Virus record (IMG/VR): IMGVR_UViG_3300049570_000094
Length of the DNA stretch: 25,875 nucleotides
Source: an uncultured virus (IMG/VR IMGVR_UViG_3300049570_000094)
Lineage: Duplodnaviria; Heunggongvirae; Uroviricota; Caudoviricetes
Reading direction: 5' to 3' (one strand)
Shown here piece by piece: positions 16,513 through 24,220 of this stretch. The stretch's first letter is position 1, and each line of letters begins with the position of its first letter. A model generated the notes under the pieces. The model searched no databases. It had not been told where the DNA came from and worked only from the letters and a program-made list of their open reading frames with translations. A program made the translations under genes and the position numbers.

Positions 16513-16712
16513 TACTCTTTTCCGTCCATTATTGATTCACAAAATAACTGGCATCGTACACATACGTCCGCTTCGCTAACGTTTGCATGGTCATGAGATA
16601 AATCACCCCAAGGGCCATTCCCCGTTGCCTCGTTATTTACTGTTTTTCGAAAGCGGCCGGTCCCGGTTCCATCCGGATTCAAAATCTCTCTGACAGCAAC
16701 CGTCCAGCTCAT
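16512..16712 (-). CDS. Small hypothetical protein with His/Cys cluster, 66 aa
   Basis: GGAGG RBS; stop overlaps the next start; H-x-H...C-x-x-C-x-x-x-C. Confidence 0.65.
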   Translation of the reverse strand: MSWTVAVREILNPDGTGTGRFRKTVNNEATGNGPWGDLSHDHANVSEADVCVRCQLFCESIMDGKE

Positions 16713-16748
16713 TCATTTCCTCCGTAAAACTGGCGCGAAGTATAGGCC

Positions 16749-18554
16749 CTATCTCACGCCGAGCATAGCGGCAAGTGCTCGTGTACTTCCTTCCGGTATA
16801 GAAACGTTTCCACGCTTCGCAGGGTTGCCGACCATAATTCCACTAACGCCATAGGGAGCGGCAACTACGCCTGAATTATCTCCGGCTCCCTCAATATCGC
16901 ACGCGAGTTTGAAATAGAACAGTGCGTGCAAATAATGATCTGGTCCTTTCTTAACCCACGTCGCTTCCAGTTCTCCATCTTCGTTAATGGTTTCGACGCG
17001 AACCATTCCTTTCATGTGCTGTTTGAATTCTTCTATTTCAGCACTGATCGGATACAGGAATTTCTCAGCATTCGTTGCTTCAACCAGTGAATCAAATCCC
17101 TTCGTGCGTTGAGCGTTCGCAACGTTCTTGGTTTTTTCGACTTCCGAAATCGTGTAGTAATTCGTGATACGCAAGTCATCCTTGACGTACACGCACGGAT
17201 TAACCAAGTCGCCGTATCTTTCTTGCAGAGATTTCACCAGTTCGAAATCCGGCCCCGCGTCGATTACCATTCTGCGCAAGCCGAAATCACCGAACAGTCG
17301 AATAAATTGCGGCAGCAACGAACCGTCCATCAATTTCAGACGGACCAGTTTCGTAATGTGATAAATCGGCCCGACCTTTTTACCGATGACGATGTAGCAG
17401 ACCTTACCAACGTCCACACCGACGCAGCATCCGGACGCGCGTGCGTCCTCCATGATCTTCGTCAATTTCCGAATGACTTCCGCGTCGAACTTTGCGTTCG
17501 CCGCAGTGTACGGAAGTCCATGCACCATGTTTCGGTAATCCGACGTGCGCGGATAATCCTTAATTTGCTCGATGACTTTCGGCGTCGTGTTGTACGCAAT
17601 CAAATCGAACGGCAGCACGTGATATCCCGCTACGTCACGATCCGGATATTCCTGCACCCATTGTCTGCGCGCAGGATTTGCAAGTGCTCTATCCAAAGGC
17701 AAACGACATCCCGGACATGCAATATACGCATCGCGCCACGAAATTTCCGGATCGGTCAAATGATCGCGATCAAACATTTCGAAACCGTACTCGAATCCCG
17801 GAATTACCACGTCGCGGAAAAAGTCAGGAAATTGCCACTGCTCACAGTGATCGCATTTCACTGCATACCTAGCTTTTCTACTCGCAGCGTACAGCTCGTC
17901 CACGCCATAACCGTCCACGGTTGGCGTACTCCATTTGCGCTTGAAGTGATCGCCCTTCGTATGTCGGGAGCGTGAGTTGTACATGCCGATGACGGCTTGA
18001 TTGCAGCGATCATATTCGTCAACAAACAGACCTTCGGCCGGAACCGAAATTGCTTGGTTCTCGTTCGCTGCACCGTTGATGTACAAAAAAGAATCGCCGA
18101 AGCGCTTCATCGACGCTGAATTCGCAGCCGTGACTAGCAAATCTTCCAGCTTTCTCGAATTGTCGATGATAGGATCAATTCTACTCTTGCAGAATTTCGC
18201 GGCGAAGTTCGAAGTCGGTAGCACGTAAATGAGCGATCGGCCATTCGAAATGCCCAAAAACGCCAGCGCAATTCGTACAGCCAGCTCCGTAAGCCCGACC
18301 TGCGAACATTTCATAATCACGCCATCCGGCGATCCGTCCGCAGCAATCTCTTTCTGGAATTCGTGCTCAAAAAACGAGAACGGCTTTCCCGCAAGAGTCG
18401 TGTTCTCTATGAGCCAGTCGCCGATATTTCCGAAAATATCGCCGCCGATCAAATTGTCCTTTAATCGGATGAAAAAGTCCGCAAACGGTCCCAATTCCTG
18501 CGCAATTGAGTGTTTTTCGATCAAATTCTGGTCAATTTCGTGCGATTTCTTCAT
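16749..18554 (-). CDS. terL: Terminase large subunit, lambda GpA-like family
   Basis: Walker A 'KCSQVGLTE', Walker B 'LFVDEYD', coupling motif 'STPT', CxxC...CxxC zinc site, nuclease 'VGVDVG' and C-terminal 'DHYLHA'. ATG 18554 follows GGAG; the ORF extends to TTG 18578. Confidence 0.93.
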   Translation of the reverse strand: MKKSHEIDQNLIEKHSIAQELGPFADFFIRLKDNLIGGDIFGNIGDWLIENTTLAGKPFSFFEHEFQKEIAADGSPDGVIMKCSQVGLTELAVRIALAFLGISNGRSLIYVLPTSNFAAKFCKSRIDPIIDNSRKLEDLLVTAANSASMKRFGDSFLYINGAANENQAISVPAEGLFVDEYDRCNQAVIGMYNSRSRHTKGDHFKRKWSTPTVDGYGVDELYAASRKARYAVKCDHCEQWQFPDFFRDVVIPGFEYGFEMFDRDHLTDPEISWRDAYIACPGCRLPLDRALANPARRQWVQEYPDRDVAGYHVLPFDLIAYNTTPKVIEQIKDYPRTSDYRNMVHGLPYTAANAKFDAEVIRKLTKIMEDARASGCCVGVDVGKVCYIVIGKKVGPIYHITKLVRLKLMDGSLLPQFIRLFGDFGLRRMVIDAGPDFELVKSLQERYGDLVNPCVYVKDDLRITNYYTISEVEKTKNVANAQRTKGFDSLVEATNAEKFLYPISAEIEEFKQHMKGMVRVETINEDGELEATWVKKGPDHYLHALFYFKLACDIEGAGDNSGVVAAPYGVSGIMVGNPAKRGNVSIPEGSTRALAAMLGVR

Positions 18555-18580
18555 TTTTTTTTCTCCAAAATCGCTCAAAA

Positions 18581-19087
18581 TTACTGAGTTTTCGCTGCAA
18601 TTCGCAGCTTTTCATGCAGGATTGAGAGATATTTTTGCTCCAATTCGGGGTTTTTTAGCTCGGCAAATGCCTCTTTTACGCTCGATTCGATCATCGCTTG
18701 ACGTGCCTGACGATCAATAAGTCGTTCGAATTTCGCAAACAGATTGAACAAATCCTTACCGCCCGACAGCGCTTTCTTCTTTAGATCGGCGTCATCCGAT
18801 GCAATAGCAGTATTCATGAGCTGTTCCTGCACTTTCAGCATGCGTTGAAGCTGATTCGCAAGCGAGGACTGCGCCTTGGAAACCGTGCCATCGGGAGCTG
18901 GCAGGAATTCCTTCAAAAAGTCCAACGGGAATACATTCATTAGCATTGCCACGTGCGGCTTGCTAATAAATTCTTTGTGCTCGCAGATGATTCGGACAGA
19001 TTTATCGAGAGGATTTTCATCCTCTTCGTACATCCGAGGCGGAGCACTAGGGACTGACGATATCGAGATTGCGCTTGGACGTGCCAT
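18581..19087 (-). CDS. Putative terminase small subunit, 168 aa
   Basis: Immediately upstream of terL; helical; GGAG RBS. Assignment by position only. Confidence 0.55.
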   Translation of the reverse strand: MARPSAISISSVPSAPPRMYEEDENPLDKSVRIICEHKEFISKPHVAMLMNVFPLDFLKEFLPAPDGTVSKAQSSLANQLQRMLKVQEQLMNTAIASDDADLKKKALSGGKDLFNLFAKFERLIDRQARQAMIESSVKEAFAELKNPELEQKYLSILHEKLRIAAKTQ

Positions 19088-19132
19088 TTGAAGATTCTCC
19101 GGAATAACGCACAGAGAATAGCACGCGCAAAT

Positions 19133-19172
19133 AAAAAAGGGCCGGTCCTCGTTGCCTTAAAGGACCGGCCCT
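19133..19172 (-). terminator. Intrinsic terminator upstream of the late operon
   Basis: Stem gggccggtcct/aggaccggccc (19139-19149/19161-19171) followed on the minus strand by TTTTTTATTT. Confidence 0.85.
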
Positions 19173-19297
19173 GTTACGTCTGTGGAGTGTCGAAACGAAG
19201 AACCTTACCGTGAACGTAAAGCTACAACACGAACCGCGAGCTTGGAACTGAGCTGATGCGGGGAGGGAGGACAACCCGGTTCCGCACTCGCAGGATC

Positions 19298-19326
19298 ACA
19301 ATAGCTTCCGCGTGGCCGATTCGCAA
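19298..19326 (-). promoter_or_regulatory. Candidate sigma70 promoter facing the late operon
   Basis: Minus strand TTGCGA-N17-TATTGT. Confidence 0.5.
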
Positions 19327-19471
19327 GCTCGGCTTTTACAGGGTCATTTATGTGTTGTTTTTCATGCGGAGTTCACGCGTTGGATTTATAGCCTAAGCGA
19401 CAGGCTACAACGTCATTCTAGGGCGTCGTACTTGCATGTCGGTCTAGTTCCGCTTTGATTCCAGCCTGAGC

Positions 19472-19510
19472 CACGCGCTCAGTTTGGGCACGCGCTCAGT
19501 TTGGGCACGC
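19472..19510. repeat. 17-bp tandem repeat CACGCGCTCAGTTTGGG x2.3
   Basis: Exact copies at 19472-19488 and 19489-19505 plus partial CACGC. Confidence 0.95.
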
Positions 19511-19901
19511 ATTCGCTCTGAGCCACGGCCACGAGTTGAAGTAAGTTGATTAATGTTACAGATTCGAAATTCAGAAAATTTTCGTACGTTCACTATTACC
19601 GGCAATTTATACATTGATAAAATAAAAAGTGTGTACGGGTTCACATAGGGAATCCATTGCATAAGTCACATAGGCAAAATATAGCGAAACGTGGCCGTCC
19701 CTTTCGCTGCCGCTGCGATCCTGCACCGCGCCCGCCGCTTCGCTCCCGCACTCATTCACTTATTTATTAATTTATACTTATATAGTTATATAGTATTACT
19801 ATATTAGCTGTTATATTGTTTCATTACTGTGACACATGGCATACATTGTGCTAGGCAATGGACATGCCACAGCGGCGCTAGATGAGAACGCGGGCTGCGT
19901 T

Positions 19902-19961
19902 CTTTACATTTCCTTACGTCATCTTTACATCTCTTTACATACCTTTACATAACCTTTGCGT
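19902..19961 (+). repeat. Helically phased CTTTACAT array
   Basis: CTTTACAT at 19902, 19923, 19933 and 19943; variants CCTTACGT at 19912 and CTTTGCGT at 19954. Confidence 0.9.
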
Positions 19962-20046
19962 TTAGAACTAACGTTCATTCTTACAATGCTCTTCGCGCGG
20001 CCATACCGGCCGCGTACACTGAAACCCAATTACAGAGGAAATAGCC

Positions 20047-20637
20047 ATGAACGTTAATTCTTTCGTTTCGTCTTTCAATGCGGCCGCTTTCGTCCTCGCG
20101 TTCAATTCGCTGGAGAAAAACGCGGCGCACGTTACGGGCGCGATCATGGACGCGCACGCGGCAGGAAAAGCCGGTTTGTCCGCCATCATGGGCGCGATTG
20201 CCAAAATCGAATTGACAAAGCCGAAACTCAACGTTCTCCGCGTTGCGTGTTTCCGCGCGCGCAAGCTGCACAATTCGGCGTTCACGCTCGCGATTGATTC
20301 GCGCTCGCGCGCTGTTTCCATCGTTGAATCGGCATCTATCGCACGCAAGCCGGGCGCTGGCCGCAAGTCAAACAAGAAAAAGGTTTCGCGCGTGAACGAT
20401 TCGGCGAACGTCAATCAAGCGGTCAATCTCGCGCACAATCAGCGCGACGCGGCCATTGCGTCCGCGAAACACCTTGCGTCCGCGCTGTCCGCGTGCGGAC
20501 TAGCGCCGGATCGAATCGCGGCCATCGGCAAGGGAAGCGTGAAAGCGTCCACGGTTCGCGCATGGATCGCCGAAGCGCTCGCCGCGCCCATTCCTACGGG
20601 CAAGCGTGCGCGCCGCACCGTCGCGCGTGCGGCCTGA
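20047..20637 (+). CDS. Hypothetical Ala-rich basic protein, 196 aa
   Basis: GAGG RBS; first gene of the divergent plus-strand cassette; Lys/Arg-rich segments. Confidence 0.75.
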   Translation: MNVNSFVSSFNAAAFVLAFNSLEKNAAHVTGAIMDAHAAGKAGLSAIMGAIAKIELTKPKLNVLRVACFRARKLHNSAFTLAIDSRSRAVSIVESASIARKPGAGRKSNKKKVSRVNDSANVNQAVNLAHNQRDAAIASAKHLASALSACGLAPDRIAAIGKGSVKASTVRAWIAEALAAPIPTGKRARRTVARAA

Positions 20638-20651
20638 TTCGGGAGCCGATC

Positions 20652-20831
20652 ATGCGTTCCGCACGCTCCGTACACGCCGCATCCATCCGCTACGCTGGCC
20701 GGTTCTCCGGCCAGCGTTCCGGCCCTTCCCTGCGCACGCCGCGCCCTGTTGACCTGCGCCCGCTTGTGCTGTTCCTCGCGTTACTTGCGCTGTCCGCGCT
20801 CGCTGCGGCTCCGCTCCTGCGCGCGCTGTAG
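20652..20831 (+). CDS. Small membrane protein, 59 aa
   Basis: GGGAG RBS at 20641; MRSARSVH...LVLFLALLALSALAAAPLLRAL; start re-called within ORF 20493..20831. Confidence 0.6.
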   Translation: MRSARSVHAASIRYAGRFSGQRSGPSLRTPRPVDLRPLVLFLALLALSALAAAPLLRAL

Positions 20832-20940
20832 CTGTTCCCGCTGTCCCTTTCGTCCGAAGCCTGCGCCACGCGCGCAGGCTTCCGCGTGTCCGCTGCAAAA
20901 GTAGCGCATACGCGGAAGCCTGTTCCCTATTACCGGAGTA

Positions 20941-21558
20941 ATGACTATGTGCCAGCATTGCGATTCCCTATTGCGCTACATCCCGCAATTACAAGGTAAT
21001 AAGCCGCAAGCCGTCGAATTAGTCGCGCTTGTGCTAGAACAGATTCGCGTCGCGCACAAGTTCAAACCCTTGCAGCGTGCGTCCCGCGCGAAGGTTGCAT
21101 TGCGTGATGCGCTGCGCCGCATCGAGTCTGCCGCGTACACTTTCTATGCGCGCGCCAATCAGGCTAATTACTTTGTAATAGCAGGCACGATTTCCGCGTA
21201 TTGGTCCGCTCGATTGCGCGCAAACGACAAAAAACCGAGCCGCGCACTCAACCCACGCGGTAAATCCGAGCCGCACGCTGCACCACGCATTCATCGCATT
21301 CCTCCCTGTTGGATTCACGACAAAGAATCCAACAACCCCGCGCACATCGTGGCTCACATTGACTACGCGCGCCACGCTATTACATGTAATAACGAGCACG
21401 CCGAGCGCTTGTTCCGCAGCGCGGATCGGCTCGCGCAAGAGGGTTCGAATGACGCAGCGCATTTGCAAGCGTCATTCGCACACGGTGCAGTTCGTCGGTC
21501 AAACTGCATCGAAAATCAATTGACCGAATACCGTTCCATCCACAGTGCAAGGAGATAA
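20941..21558 (+). CDS. Hypothetical protein, about 205 aa
   Basis: GGAG RBS (start at 20941 or 20947); N-terminal CxxC. Confidence 0.7.
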   Translation: MTMCQHCDSLLRYIPQLQGNKPQAVELVALVLEQIRVAHKFKPLQRASRAKVALRDALRRIESAAYTFYARANQANYFVIAGTISAYWSARLRANDKKPSRALNPRGKSEPHAAPRIHRIPPCWIHDKESNNPAHIVAHIDYARHAITCNNEHAERLFRSADRLAQEGSNDAAHLQASFAHGAVRRSNCIENQLTEYRSIHSARR

Positions 21559-21562
21559 CGTC

Positions 21563-21676
21563 ATGCCGCATAACTACGAATACCGCGAACTCGATTTCAA
21601 TTCGCCCGATGGATTCGGACGCGACGTGAGCCACAACGAGGATGATTCGTATGATTCGGTTCCTTCGGAAGATTGA
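21563..21676 (+). CDS. Small acidic peptide, 37 aa
   Basis: AAGGAG RBS; MPHNYEYRELDFNSPDGFGRDVSHNEDDSYDSVPSED. Not in the ORF track. Confidence 0.55.
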   Translation: MPHNYEYRELDFNSPDGFGRDVSHNEDDSYDSVPSED

Positions 21677-21800
21677 TCGCGCTCTTACTCGCGTAGATAT
21701 TGCTACGCGCGCAACTGTCGAAACCATCGCACTCATCGTTGGTTTGGTCTTCTTCTTCGGACTGCCCGCATTCATGATCTGGTGCTGGATCACCGGATAG
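21651..21800 (+). CDS. Small membrane protein, 49 aa
   Basis: GAGG RBS; MIRFLRKIDRALTRVDIATRATVETIALIVGLVFFFGLPAFMIWCWITG. Not in the ORF track. Confidence 0.6.
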   Translation: MIRFLRKIDRALTRVDIATRATVETIALIVGLVFFFGLPAFMIWCWITG

Positions 21801-21907
21801 CCGGGAGCGTGGGCCACGGATGGCCCAACTGGCCGGCCTTTGGGAGCCGAAGTTATGCGAGTTACGGCGCGAGGGTGAGCCACGTTTGGGAGCCGTTCTT
21901 ATCCTTA

Positions 21908-21967
21908 TTATTTATTTATATAACTTATCTAATATATATAAGATAGATAGGATATATAAATAAATAA
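21908..21967. repeat. 15-bp perfect AT-only inverted repeat
   Basis: TTATTTATTTATATA (21908-21922) and TATATAAATAAATAA (21953-21967), 30-nt spacer. Confidence 0.9.
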
Positions 21968-22464
21968 CCCTTCATTTAACCTTGTAAAATCAATTTTGCA
22001 CAATGGCGGGGTCCGAAAATGACCTCGCAGCGGAAAGTATACTTTTTAGCACGTCATAGGTAGGTTCCGCGCGGACCCACTCCTTACACAAAAATCGGAC
22101 TTTTTTTACAGAGTTAGCTACAGAGCAAAACAGTTTCGGCGTGGCTCAGGTTTACGGCGAGGCCGAAGGTAAGTGCCTGATCCCGCCCAACATTCTCGTC
22201 CTAGCCTCTGCCCGCGAATCTCCAAATGAACGCGGCCAACACGCACCGACTCTGTAGTCAGAGAGTTGAACAATGTTAGCACTCTTAAGAATAGCCCAGA
22301 ACAGTCGAGCAATTACATGTAATTACGAAAAAACCTTAGCCATAGTTTCGACGTAAACATACGTAGTTCAGCCGTTCTACGGCATAGAACGTCAAAGGAC
22401 ATGCCCATCTATGCTAGACTATCTAACGCCGTTGAACACTTTTGGACATTCCTAGAGTTAATCA

Positions 22465-22500
22465 ACGCGACTTACGCGACTTACGCGACTTACGAGGACT
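22465..22500. repeat. 9-bp tandem repeat ACGCGACTT x3 plus a degenerate copy
   Basis: Copies at 22465, 22474 and 22483; ACGAGGACT at 22492. Confidence 0.95.
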
Positions 22501-22577
22501 GACTCTGTACGCTACAGAGTTAATCCTTGCAACTACTAAGGCCGCAACACTTTTACGATTTGAAAACCGAGGAAAAC

Positions 22578-23342
22578 ATGGCTCCCGAGGACAAAGCGCT
22601 ACTCATTCAGCTTTTTGATATGTATTCCCTTTCGTACGCGCAAGACGCGGAGGCGCATGAAACGCGTCTTGCATGGGGTTTCGCGCCTGTGATGCGTCCG
22701 TGCGTCAACACGAACGGAATTATCTTTTTCGTTACGACGGATACGATCCGTAACAAGCGCCGATACACGTTGCGAATCGCACTCATCAATTCCGAAGGCC
22801 ATGTTTTCGAGTTTTCTACGATAGGTCGCGTTCAAATCGGAATGTACGATACGCGCGCCAAGGCCGAGAGAGGCTACAACGGCCTCACGACCGCCTTTAC
22901 TCGCTACACGTATTCTGTAGAGAAAGGCGTAACGATGGGGATCGGGATCAAGCCGGGCGAAACGACAACAGAAACCGCTCCCGTAAATCCGCAGACTGCG
23001 AAGGAATCAAAACCAAAGCGAAATTGGATCACGCATCCGCCAGTGACGCAGGAAGATATAGATGAATTGATAGCGCTAGGGAAAAGACCGCCCGGATACA
23101 AACTGGAAGACGAGCCGAGGCTTTACCGTCCCAAATGTCAATTCCTAGCGCCGAAAGGGCAGGAGTGCGCTGCAAAGGCTTTGGTGAAAGTAAAACAAGG
23201 AGAATTCACTTACATCGGCGAAGTTTGCGAATATCTGGATCGTCTACAAGTTCTGGAACAACCGCCGGAATTGGAGGAATTGTTCAAGGCGTATTTCCTG
23301 CGTGAAACCGGGAAGGAATTGAGCGAATTTATCGAAGTGTAA
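22578..23342 (+). CDS. Hypothetical protein, 254 aa
   Basis: Start re-called at MAPEDK with GAGG RBS. Confidence 0.75.
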   Translation: MAPEDKALLIQLFDMYSLSYAQDAEAHETRLAWGFAPVMRPCVNTNGIIFFVTTDTIRNKRRYTLRIALINSEGHVFEFSTIGRVQIGMYDTRAKAERGYNGLTTAFTRYTYSVEKGVTMGIGIKPGETTTETAPVNPQTAKESKPKRNWITHPPVTQEDIDELIALGKRPPGYKLEDEPRLYRPKCQFLAPKGQECAAKALVKVKQGEFTYIGEVCEYLDRLQVLEQPPELEELFKAYFLRETGKELSEFIEV

Positions 23343-23352
23343 AGGAGGGAGC

Positions 23353-23631
23353 ATGCGTTACCGTTTTACATTCGTTTTAGAAGGCGAGGGCGAAACCGAG
23401 GAACAATGCTTGTCGGATGCAATGGATGCGTTCGCGGCCGATCCTGGAGTTCCTTCGGAAACCGTGCGCGTGGATCAGATTGATCCTGCGCAGGATGCGG
23501 AATGGCAGGAACTTGCGCGGCACAGGAAGCCTATCGAAGCGTCCAAGGTGTACAGGCGCATTTACGGCTGCGGTTTGAAGGAAGCGCACGATGCTGTAGG
23601 AAACTACATCCGCAATCGGGCAGGCATTTAA
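23353..23631 (+). CDS. Protein with ribosomal protein bL12 (L7/L12) C-terminal-like domain, 92 aa
   Basis: AGGAGG RBS; 'KPIEASKVYRRIYGCGLKEAHDAV' matches the K-I-x-x-IK-x-x-R-x-x-TG-x-GLKEAK-x-x-V pattern. Confidence 0.7.
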   Translation: MRYRFTFVLEGEGETEEQCLSDAMDAFAADPGVPSETVRVDQIDPAQDAEWQELARHRKPIEASKVYRRIYGCGLKEAHDAVGNYIRNRAGI

Positions 23632-23661
23632 TTACACCGTAATAACCAAGGAGATTTCCCT

Positions 23662-24078
23662 ATGCTGTTTCGAATGCTCGCGTGGTACATGGTGATGTTT
23701 GCAGTGTCGCAGGCATCGTTGCTCGTTCTGTGGTTGAACGGGAAAGTGAATTGGCCTATGTGGCTGATTCTTTCACCGTTCGAAATTACGGTAATTCTGT
23801 GCGCTTTGATATTGGCGCTGTTCTGGCTCGCGTTGCTTGGCGATTCGGAGCAAACGGAAAGGCCGTGGGTGATTCGTAATCGTGTGCATCCGGATTTGTT
23901 TTGGAGCACGGAATTGGAAGGATGGAGCAAGCTTGCGAATGCGGATTTGTTTCCCGCACCGAGCTATGACGAAAACTTCCCGATGCCGTGGGATGGCGAA
24001 TGGTATTTCACCGGAGCCGATGAGCAGGAGAAGGCAAATGAAGGACGAAATTACGCTGAGCGGGAACGGTCTGCGTAA
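23662..24078 (+). CDS. Hypothetical membrane protein, 138 aa
   Basis: AAGGAG RBS; two N-terminal TM segments and an acidic Trp-rich soluble domain. Confidence 0.7.
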   Translation: MLFRMLAWYMVMFAVSQASLLVLWLNGKVNWPMWLILSPFEITVILCALILALFWLALLGDSEQTERPWVIRNRVHPDLFWSTELEGWSKLANADLFPAPSYDENFPMPWDGEWYFTGADEQEKANEGRNYAERERSA

Positions 24079-24220
24079 ATTTGCAGAGCGCGTGTTTGAT
24101 TCTGCGTACAAAGCAGCGCTGAAACAGGCTGTGAAGCAAATCGAGGGAGCGGCGCCTTTGACGGAAGCGGAATATCTCGCGTTCCGTGCGAAGGCGCTTG
24201 CGGGTTTCAAGGTGGTCTGA
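24038..24220 (+). CDS. Hypothetical protein, 60 aa
   Basis: Start re-called at MKDEIT with AGGAG RBS; TGATG coupling to the next gene. Confidence 0.65.
   Translation: MKDEITLSGNGLRKFAERVFDSAYKAALKQAVKQIEGAAPLTEAEYLAFRAKALAGFKVV

Noticed and set aside
18554..18583. A9 run at the terL start as a terS-terL frameshift or phase-variation site
   Set aside because: It lies after the terS stop and is simply explained as the RBS-to-ATG spacer.
19472..19510. Possible mini-CRISPR array (also considered for 22465-22500)
   Set aside because: The repeats are 17 and 9 bp, directly adjacent with no spacers, and no cas gene is present.
19047..19662. Minus-strand ORFs 19047-19274 and 19444-19662
   Set aside because: They run through a terminator and tandem repeats, lack a convincing RBS, and give non-protein-like translations.
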